This document shows positions 1-9,949 of a DNA stretch of 64,000 nucleotides, piece after piece. The DNA is from Cycas panzhihuaensis (lineage: Eukaryota > Plantae > Cycadophyta), in contig CM041465.1 in NCBI GenBank assembly GCA_023213395.1, positions 247,015,741 to 247,079,740 on the forward strand, written 5' to 3'. Position numbers and translations under genes: made by a program. Within the stretch, counting starts at the first letter, position 1; each line of letters opens with the position of its first letter. The notes beneath the pieces were generated by a model. It had not been told where the DNA came from and did not search any database. It was given only the letters and a program-made list of their open reading frames with translations.

Positions 1-429
1 ATTATTACAGTCTAAGTCCACTAGTTGTGCATAAGTAAACACTATCTCTTTCTCAAGACATATATTTATACTTTCTAAATCCATTATAAGTGTAGTTATA
101 AGAAATAATTCATGATTAGTTAGCTTATTAACAAACTTGGCTCATGTCAACTAATTGACTTGGATCTTTAAGGTTGGTTAACAAATATTAATGATGTTAA
201 TTGGCTTCACCTTTGACCCATGTCAACTAGTCAATATGGACATCCAACATTATTTCATTCCAATGATCATGATCAACATCGATAAATAGAATTATAAGTG
301 AGATAAAAACATCGACTAATTTATCCAATTAAATTTTTAAGAATTTAATAGTTTTAACTTAGTTTCTATCTAAAAATTGAATCTCATTGAAGAAAGAAGA
401 TAGAACAACAAACATGGATTAATCCTAAA

Positions 430-600
430 GGAGTGATCTAACCTAGACCTCCACCAAACCATGAAGAAAAGAGCTACATTGTATTAGCAATGGAATGAGA
501 GGACTAATAAGTGTGAGAATTCAAAAAAGCTTAGACCCTAGATTAACAACCATATAATGGGTTAGTCATTAGGGACTCCCTCACCTAATGATGATCCATC
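430..600. repeat. Long dispersed repeat, copy 1, left piece (interrupted by element A)
   Basis: ggagtgatctaacc...atgatccatc aligns to 37730-37900 and resumes at 17260 (atgaaggtgga) after element A. Confidence 0.8.
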
Positions 601-1506
601 TATTGGGACATATTTTGACACATAAACCTTGAGGAAGACAGAATACAGACTTGTATTGACCAGAGGAATGCAAGTACAGATTGTACAGAGGTACACACCA
701 TGGAAAAAGATGGAAAATATGCAATATGGGTATGTATAATAGATACATATCCATTTACGTACCCTTTTGGGTATGCATTATAGGTTGTGTACCATTTTTA
801 GTACGCTAGCAGACAATAAGGTACATATAGACATATCTCACCCAAAGGCACCCAGAAATGATGACATCATCCCAAAAGGATATATGTATGGATGTACAGA
901 TCAGAAAAGACACCATTAAGGAGACTTAATCATTTGTAAAGTGAAAGTATAACTTGGTGAAAAAAAGGTATAGTTATGACTTTGGGTCATAACCTTTCAT
1001 CCAAAAGGCATCAAAGGGACATATTTAATGATGCTTTGAGGAGCATTCTGGTGTGAGAGCTGAGTGATTCAATCCTATGGTATACTCTCAAGGGGGAGAG
1101 CCAAGTATTCAAATACTCAATGATACAGAAGCTAGTACTTATGACAGCAGCACAGAGCTGTATATAATGATGTGTACCTTCTAGGTACACATGTGATAGC
1201 AGTAGTTTATGTGGTTGGAATGCACAAGGAATGCATTCCAACACCTTGTGTACAAAGACTTATTGCTTAATAAAAGAAGAGTTACGTGGAAATGTTGATT
1301 CTATGTGTTTTATAAAGATTGGATGTTGAATATGTGTTGATTACTGTATTGTTGTGTGTAAACTGTGACATAATTATGTGGAATTATTAATAAGTCTGTG
1401 TGATCTATTTGGATGAATATGTTGATTGTATCATAGACTAGACTACTTGTGTTACCTTAACAAGTGTACCTATCTCACGAGTGTTGTGAGATACCCAAAG
1501 TCAACA
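601..1506 (+). repeat. Element A 5' LTR
   Basis: TA(TG)TTGGGACA...AAAGTCAACA; 13 differences in the first 120 bp versus the 3' LTR, 12 of them transitions. Confidence 0.95.
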
Positions 1507-1507
1507 T

Positions 1508-1520
1508 TGGTTATGTTGCC
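1508..1520 (+). promoter_or_regulatory. Element A primer-binding site (decayed, tRNA-Glu type)
   Basis: TGGTTATGTTGCC 1 nt after the LTR; the intact version in B is TGGTTCCGTTGCC. Confidence 0.75.
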
Positions 1521-1648
1521 TCCGTCCACTGAGGAGGGACTAGGGCCAAGAGTTTCACAAGGGGGAAAATATGCAAAGGACAAAGGACCCTGGCTGTTGT
1601 CATGATGGCATGTTGTAACTAAGCCTTTGGCATCTAGGGGACCTTTCA

Positions 1649-4600
1649 ATGCCACCTAAGAGGCCTTCAAAGGTGGGAGAGCCACAAAAGGATACTTCAC
1701 CTAAGGGGAAAGAAACAAGTAGACAGAGAGCATTATGAATCAAAAGAGTCAAAAGTGAGAAGAGCAAGAAGACTAAGCTCACATAATAATAAGACTAAGG
1801 GATAGTCCATTGAAGAATCTGAGGCAAGTGGAGCCCAGACACCTTAGGAGCAAGGAGAGGGAAATAATGGCAAATGAATAGTATTAACACTAGCCCTAAT
1901 CAAGCATGACCTATTTAGCCCAGAAAGGGAAGAAAAACCAAAAGTGAATGAGGAACATAAAGACACCCTAAGGAAGGAGGATAATATACCTATGGAAGAT
2001 ACTCTAAAGGACTTAAGTGATAATGAGAAGAAGGCAGAGGAAGGTCCCTTAGAATATTGGGAAAATAAGTTAACAAGATAACCTTTTTAAGATTTGACAA
2101 ACAGAGGGTCTGACCAATCATATATAATGGTTACACCATTGACAGTACAAGTACCAGGTGTGCTGGAACCTATACACCTAAAGACACCATTTAAAAATCC
2201 CCTATTCAGAAGGGAGAGCATTACAGTAAGCACTCTAAATACACCATCTAAAGAGAAGGGTGAAGAGGAAGAAGTAAAATCCCTTAAGGAGGAAAAAGGA
2301 GAAGAATCACAATTGGGTGGAACACCAGTACAATCACCTAAGATGGACAACTACAAAGATTTTGGGAAATTAATCTTTAATGACATCTCAGATGCAATCG
2401 AGTATGCATATTTATTCTAAAACTTGATTGATGTAAAGAAAATCATAGATGGAGACGAAATTGAGGCCAGATTCGCTTATATATTGAGAGGAGTACCATT
2501 GGCATGGTACAAGGAGTTGAATAAGAAAGATACATAGGCTAAGATAAAGAAGTCTTTTGAGGAAAGGTTTCAGAAATTCTGAAGCAATGAAGTAGTGGAA
2601 ATTGCTTTAAAGGAAATCAAACAAAGACCAAGAGAATCAGTATTGACTTATATCAACCAAATGAAAATCATTACTGCCAACATGATCAATGAGATAGTGA
2701 CAGACCATAACATGAAGAATTATTTTATTAGAGGATTAAATGAAAAGTTGAGATCTATAATACATACACATCAATTGGATTCCTTCAAGAATGTACAGGA
2801 TTTGGCACTAGATTTTGAAGCAAAAATGGATGCTTAAGCTAAAGAGCACGATCCCCTCCTATTAAGATTACAAGAGGAGATAAGGGAAATGAAGCAAAAT
2901 CAGTATAACCAACCCTTCTGTCAGGTAGGAGTCTCATAAGAGGAATCAAAAGTAGAAGCTTTGAGAAAGGAAGTAGTAAGATTAAAAATTAGAAATAATA
3001 GAGAAGAGGAAGTGGCAAAGAGGAAAAAGGACCATGAATTCAAGGTTGAAAAATGGTGCCACATTTACGAAGAGAGTTCACACATAACAAAAGAATGTGA
3101 AATCAATCTAAAGAATAGTGCAATGTACCAGAGAGACAAATGATGCCACATATGTGATATGGATAGTCATATGACAAAGGATTATTTTTACAAGCCGAGA
3201 GGAAGATCATACAGAGGATGAGGTAGGGGAAGAGGAGGTGACCCACCTCAGAATGTATACATGATGAGGAGTACACAGGAATCCTCAAAGAAGAAATAAC
3301 CAATGGGGAGATGCCTCATATGTTTACAGTTCAAACATTAGAAATCAGAATGCCCAACTAAGCAGGAGTACGAATAAAAATTATTTGTATGCAATAATTG
3401 TGGGCCAAGTGAGCATAGAATGGAAGATTGCAAGGGGAAAGCCAAGGCTACCAATTTAATAATGATCATACTAAAGAGTAGTAAAAATATAAAACTCCAA
3501 AAGAGACAAAAAGAGAATGTAGAAGAAGGATATACAAAACCATGAATTAAGATAAATCAATTTCAACAAGAAAAGCAAGTGCTAGAAGAACTAGCCCATA
3601 CAGAGACTATGCTACTAATGGGGAAACATGAAACTAAGCATGTGTATATGAGGAAAAATAGATAAAAGGAGAAACAAAAAATACCAGAAGAACAAAAAAA
3701 CACAACCCTAAGTGGTGCAAATAGAAGAATTATTTAAGGGATTACCAGCAGAAGATATACCACGAATGTTATTGTTGATGGAGAACTTGGTGAAACAATT
3801 GCAACTAACAATTCCCCTATACCAAGTGATAGATTGGATTAAAGGAGGAATATTACAATAACAAGGAATCACCAAGAGTTTGAAAAACGTAATGTCATCT
3901 TTCGACATGGATCCCATAGTGACAATTACAGTTTTGGGAGAAAAGTTTTTGAAAGTAATCATGGATGAAGGAGCTGCTGTGAATGTACTACCCACCTCGA
4001 CATGGTAGAAATTAAGGAGCCTAAAGTTAGAAGCAACAACTTATTCACTAAAACTAGCCAATGAATTATTAGTACAACTCATGGGAAAACTGGCCAACAT
4101 CAAAGTGAGTGTAGCAGGAATCATTGTGAAAATTAATTTTACGATTGTGGAAATGAAGAAAGGTGCAACTCCCTATCTAGCCTTATTAGGGAGACGTTGG
4201 CTATACAAAACCCAATGTCTCCAAAGTTGGAAAGATGTAACCTTTACCTTGTTAGATGGAGGGAATGAAGTGGTATTACAATGTTAGGGAAGAATTCCAT
4301 TGAAGTGATACCTGATGATGGTTCAAGCACAACCATTGTGAGTGAAGTAATAGCCTCTTCATTTGATGAAGGAAATCTCTACCACATAGCCAAAGAACCC
4401 ACCAAATTGATTGACCTCCAAGAAGCAGAATCGACTTACTTTGGAGAAATCTACAACTCTTCAGATGATGAACATAGAATGAAATTTGTAGATTATTGGA
4501 TACAAGACGTATATGAAGTCAACCCCTCATCTTATAGGTGTAACCTACTTTCTTGGAATTAACTGAGGACGTTGATATTAAATCTAAATTTGTCAATTAT

Positions 4601-5354
4601 ACGAGTATTAATAATAACATAAAAAACCTAGACCCAAACCCAAATCCCCATTTTAACCCAAAACCTTACCCTAATTCACCTTCCAATACCCCAACCCCCT
4701 CTAACCCTAATCTTCCCTCTACCTCTGTGTGTGGGGCCTAAGGTAGATTGCACTTCCCCACCCCCATCCCTGCCCGAGGAAGGAAGTAACAAACCTTCCT
4801 CATCTTCTTTAGAGGTATACTTACCTAGTGAAAAATCTTTTTTAACCATCGATGCCAAATCTGAGGAAAAAGAAAAGGAACCTATTGAGAGTATCCCTAG
4901 AGATTCCAGTCTAGGAAACAAAATTTCCATTGCAGAAGAGAGAAATCATAAAGAATACATTGGAGATTATGTGAAGCCCTTTTATGGAGAACCACTATAT
5001 AGAATTTCCCATTTGATATATTGTAAAGAACATTAGTTTGAAGAAGGAATAATAAACCAAGATCAATTAAGGGATTATAAGAAGAAACTGATACAGCATA
5101 CGATATTAAGACAAAGGCGAGAAAAGGCAAGGCATGAAGGCCACAACAAGACACTGTATTTTAAAAAGGATGATCAAGTATGATGATTTGACAACAAATC
5201 CCAAACAACCCAGGGAGAATTAAAAATGCATTAGAAAGGCCCATGTATGATTAAGAAGGTGTACAAGAATGGCATTATCTAATTGAAGAAACTATCAGGT
5301 CAACTACTGCCTGAAATGGTCAAGCGTAATAAACTGAAATCCTATATCAACTAG
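1649..5354 (+). pseudogene. gag: Element A gag-protease-(integrase C-terminal domain) polyprotein, disrupted
   Basis: Starts MPPKRPSK; capsid motif LRGVPLAWY; four CCHC knuckles (~3057-3431); protease VIMDEGAAVN and ALLGRRWL; ends ...GELKMH*KGP...KLKSYIN*. Many stops and frameshifts. Confidence 0.9.
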
Positions 5355-5540
5355 GGTGGAGCAACTTACCAGCTAAATCAGTTAGTTGTACCATATCATA
5401 TTGCATGAAGTTGAGGCAAATTAGATTGCCTTGATATCGGAACGTGATTTAGTTCAGTATGTAACAAAAAATATAAAAAAAATAAAAAACAAAAAAATTA
5501 ACCGTAACTCATATCATACAAATAAGTAATATGGTAAAGC

Positions 5541-5699
5541 ATGGAGGAAAGATATATTATTATATGAAAAATCAAGGGAAAGTTAAACAAAACAAGACAA
5601 AGGCATTATTTAAAAAAAAAAAAAACACCAATAGATGAGGATTTATTAACCAAGAATGGCGACTAAGCAACGAAGCAGAGGCAACAGGGGCAGCCTTAG
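5541..5699 (+). pseudogene. Remnant of the 3' end of the family's extra ORF in element A
   Basis: Ends ...QRQQGQP*, matching ...PRQQEPP* of the B extra ORF, followed by the same ggaggRataccccaaa sequence. Confidence 0.55.
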
Positions 5700-5747
5700 A
5701 ACAAACAGGAGGAGGAATACCCCAAATTTTAAATTTTTTGTTGAGCA

Positions 5748-6601
5748 TGTTAACTGCTGGGGGCCTTATTGCACTCACAAGACACCCCTTTCTCACTTGT
5801 CAAGGTTACACAATGCTATAGTCTAGTTTTAGGATACTGTCAACATGGTTATTCATATACATTCCACATACATTCCATATATAATACACAGAATGGTACA
5901 CATCAGTACAGAAATCAATACATACTTCAGCAAATCATCATCACACACCAAGAATACATTAATTTCCACGTAACTCTTTCTTTTATTAATTCAATTCAAT
6001 TACGAAATTTGGAATGCATTCGAGCATTCCAAAGAAGATACGCCCTTCATACATATGCGTACCCAGATGGTACTTATCACATATTCATGCTCCAATCGGC
6101 TATCATGTGTACTGTCTTCTGCACCTTTGCGTACTCGTAATATCCGGCTCTCACCCCTAACCAGGTGAATCATGCGTACCTCCTTAAGTACTCCTGTTGG
6201 TACCTTTTGGCTAAAGGGTTATGACTGTCTGTCATAGTACCGCATTCTCACCATGCGTACCTCTTCAGTTTATGCGTACCTCTTCACTTAATCACTTTGT
6301 TTATCCTTAATTAATTCTTCCTTTGGGTCTGTACGTCCGTACGTACGTCTGGCACCTCCCCAGGTCTTCACTGGTCCCCTCGAGTCATGCGTATCGCCGC
6401 CGTTTGGTTCCATCCTGTCGCTGGCACGTTCCTGTCATGCGTACCCATTCCAGGTACGCACCTGTCATACGTACCCAGAATGCTCATTTTTCTGTCGTTT
6501 TGCCTCGTGCGTACCTCCGTACGGTCCGTACTTGCACAACTCAGGTTCTTTGACCTACCTATGGTCCTCACACAGCCATTGAGTCAATTTTAATGCCAAC
6601 A
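5748..6601 (-). repeat. Element B 3' LTR
   Basis: TGTTAAC...GCCAACA on +; direct repeat of 15465-16307. Confidence 0.95.
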
Positions 6602-6693
6602 TCTATCCTGAGTCAACAGTTATGGGTTTGAGCATCCTTGCTCAACAAAACTCCAAAAATCAAAATTTTGGGGTATCCCTCCCCCACTCTGTC

Positions 6694-7776
6694 TCAAGGC
6701 GGCTCCTGCTGCCTCGGTCCTCCCAAAATCTCTTCATTTATCTGTGTCAGGGTAGCAATAATGGCATCCTTCTCCTTTATTTTCTCCTGAAGGGCCGCTA
6801 TCTCTGCTTTGTACCCTGCCTCTATATCCTGAATCATTTGAATAATTTGCCCCACTTTGTCCTGCGGTGTAGGAGGTGCTGAGGGCTCTCCAACCTCTAC
6901 TGCTGTTGGGAAGTCTTCCTATTCCTCCTAGGATGCCTCTGCCTCCTCCTCTTCTTCTGTTTCCTCCTCTCCTTTCTTCCTCTTCCCACGTCGATAGACA
7001 GCTTGCTTTGTCTTGTGAGGAATAAGTGTACCTGGGGTTTTTTGTAACCAGGTAAGGACCTTCTGCATTTGCTTCTGAATTCTCCTTTTAGCTTCCATGC
7101 TGGTTGTGGTATCTGGGAACTCTGCTACCCACTGTTTAATGATTGGTTCCTGAGGAGAAATAGTGGTTCTGGTTAATTGAACTTAGGACCTTTGGTAAAA
7201 TAAAATCGCCAAAAGCAATAAAGGATGACGGAAGGGTTGTGTCCGGATTTCCTGTAGTTGTTGCCTCATATTTTCTGATAAAAATTCGGACCAGTTCATT
7301 CTTTCTCCATCCCGAATTTTTAAGAGTACCTGCATCATACCTCCCTGGATGTAGGTATATTTCCTTTTTGACAAAAATCTGGAATTAATTACCTTGGCCA
7401 CCCACTGCAATTTGTTGTCCATGATGTCGGCTACCCTGATTCCGCCAGACATTATCTGGGTGTTAGGATGGCATAACTCCCTCATCCATATTTCCCGGTC
7501 AACTTCTGATCTTTTTGTTCCCAATGGAACTTCTCCCTCCTTGGGAAGTCCAGTAATCGTGTAGACTATATCTGCGTCCAATTTAGCTTTGCCATTGTTT
7601 GCTTTTAGGGCCACCAGAATTTGGTCCATTAACTCCGAGTCATAATACATAGGGTTACAGAAAATGTAATCTTTCCATCATGCCTGCTTGACCTTTATCT
7701 GAAATGCTGTTGGTAGGGCTTGGAGGTCCTGCTTCAGCTTGGGGATGTATGCCTCTTGGCACCCTGCCGTGCTCAT
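6694..7776 (-). pseudogene. Element B 3' extra ORF (360 codons, four in-frame stops, no frameshift), in the position of Athila env-like ORFs; putative plant transposon protein-like
   Basis: MSTAGCQEAY...*WKDYIFCNPMYYDSEL...ITGLPKEG...MNWSEFLSENM...RRGKRKKGEEETEEEEE...NEEILGGPRQQEPP* reads in one frame and includes ORF 7183..7650. Confidence 0.8.
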
Positions 7777-7929
7777 TATGGCTGTGGATTTCCAAAGGTA
7801 AGAAAGAAAACCTGAAGCGTGCAGAGAACCGCACGCACGTACGTACCTCTGAGGAACGCTTGTCGCTTTCTTGTTTGGCCATCGTGATGCGTGCAGGTAA
7901 ACCCTTGCGTGCCATGGTCTGTTCCGCTC

Positions 7930-8388
7930 TGCGTACCGCATGGGAATGTTCACAGGTACGTAATGATTTGTCATTTTATGTATTTTATCTTATACGTGCC
8001 CTTGGTACGTATAGTGTTAAGAATTGCTATTATGCGTACTCGATTACGTACTTCCTTTGGTACGTATAATGCAAATAGTCGTTTAAGTATCCTTTACACA
8101 GTGTGTACCTGATTACGTATGTCGTTGGTACGTATAATATATAATTTAAGTTTACGCTCCTGTGCACTGTGCGTACCTGTCTACGTACTTTTCAGGTACG
8201 TATAATGTAATTGAGCCACTTAAAGTTATTTATACTATGCGTACCTGCCCGCATACTTTTCTGGTACGTATAGTATAATTCAGAGTCACTTTTTCCACTA
8301 TGCATACTTTTGTGAATTTCTTTGGTACGTATAGTATATTTTCCACTTTTACCATTGTCTAACTATACGTACCTATTTCGGTACGTAC
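7930..8388. repeat. Array of ~8 imperfect inverted repeats (tatRcgtacc-loop-ggtacgtata)
   Basis: Constant arms with variable 3-18 nt loops and variable spacers, between pol and the extra ORF of B. Confidence 0.85.
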
Positions 8389-8612
8389 ACTGTAATTCGC
8401 TTGTATGCTGCTGAGTTTTCCTCTGGTTTTTCTCGGATTATGCTGCTGTTGCTTATATCAGAAATGAGTTACGGTTATTTTTATTTTTTCCAATTTTTTT
8501 TCAATTTTTATATCCATACCGAACTGGATCATGGCTCGGTATCAAGGCAGTCGATTGCCTCAATATCATGTAATACGCTATGGTACAACCAGCTGATCCG
8601 GCTGGTAACTGG

Positions 8613-9750
8613 CTACTCGATATAGGACTTGAGTCTGCTACCATTTACCCGTGTTGGTAGCAAGGGTCCGTCGATTTCTCGAAGCTGCACTGAACCATTC
8701 TCAAAAATTCTTTCTGCGATGTATGGTCCTAACCATCGCATCTTGAGTTTCCCGGGGTGCGTTTGAATTTACTGTCGTATAGCAATACGTGATCACCCTC
8801 ATTGAATTGTGGTTTCCGCAGATGGCGGTCATGCTATGCTTTTTATCGTCGTTTTTCTATATGTTGCACCCGGTTCGCTAGATGTCATGTCTCTTCCAAG
8901 CGTATGAGGTCTTCCAGTCGTTGTTCCAAGGACTGGAGGTCATCTAATCGGCATTGTATCACCACTCGTAAGCTGGGTATCTTGAACTCAGTCGGAAGGA
9001 TGGCCTCCATGCCATATACAAGTTGAAATGGGGTTTGTCCAACTGATCTTTTGTATGTCGTACGAAAGGCCCATAGTACGGAAGGTAACTTCTCGGCCCA
9101 ATCTGATCTGCCGACATCGTATATCTTCTACAAACAGTTTTCGATTATTTTGTTTGAGCTTTCTGCTTGGCCATTAGCTCTAGGATAGTAAGGGGTTGAT
9201 TTCTGATGGCTAATCATGAAGGCAGTTGTTAACGCTTCAATCGTTTGGTTGAGGAAGTGAGCACCTTGGTCACTGACAATCTCCAAGGGGCATCCAAATT
9301 GCGTGATTACCACCTCATATAGAAATCTTGTTGTACTTTCTGCATCAGCTTTCCTCAATGCGCGTGCTTCCACCCACTTTGTCGCATAGTCGGTTGCCAC
9401 CAGAATATATCGAGCTTTTGATCGGCGTGCTGTTGGTTTGATCGGTCCCACAAAGTCGAGTCCCCACTTTTCGAATAGTGCCAAGGGTAGTATAGGATGC
9501 AACGGGTGGAAATCCTGTCGATTAGGTTTCCCCACTCGTTGGCAGTAGTCGCATGCTTGAACCCATTTTTTAACATCATCGAACATCAATGGCCACTAGA
9601 ATCCCAATGTCAAGATTTTTTGCCATGTGGCCAATTTCCCCATGTGGCCACCTGCTACTCCTTCATGCGCCTGCGACATGATCTGGGTTGTTTCATGCTG
9701 TCGAACATAATGTCACAATATGTCATCTGGCCCTAATTTGTACAACTCAC
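8613..9750 (-). pseudogene. pol: Element B integrase
   Basis: HEGVAGGH...CDYCQ zinc finger; WGLDFVGP, IVSDQG, NGQAESSNK catalytic DDE; KLKMRWLGPY GPY/F motif; stop at 8613. Confidence 0.95.
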
Positions 9751-9949
9751 CACTGATAAGTTGATACGGCTCCGCTTTTCTAATGAAATTTCTTTTCCCC
9801 GTATGATCTAGTTCTGTTGGCACTTCATCGGTCGCTAGGTATTCTGGTATGCCCTCATACCAATCCACTAGAACTGCATTTATGCTGAATAGGGCTGCGT
9901 CTGGAAAATCATCTGGTATCCCTGTGGCTTTTTCTCCATTTTTGATTCT

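Noticed and set aside
4312-4350. Hammerhead ribozyme (CTGATGA followed by a hairpin)
   Set aside because: No GAAA after stem II and no stems I/III; it lies in a coding spacer.
4620-4712. Telomere-like C-rich repeats (aaccct)
   Set aside because: Low-complexity Pro/Asn-coding spacer of A, not tandem TTTAGGG.
5769-6593. Short ORFs in LTRs (5769..6140, 6323..6553, 1011..1244, 21397..21603 and their duplicates)
   Set aside because: They recur only because LTRs are duplicated and show no protein motifs.
7930-8388. CRISPR array
   Set aside because: Units are degenerate inverted pairs with irregular spacing, lie inside a plant retrotransposon, and have no cas genes nearby.
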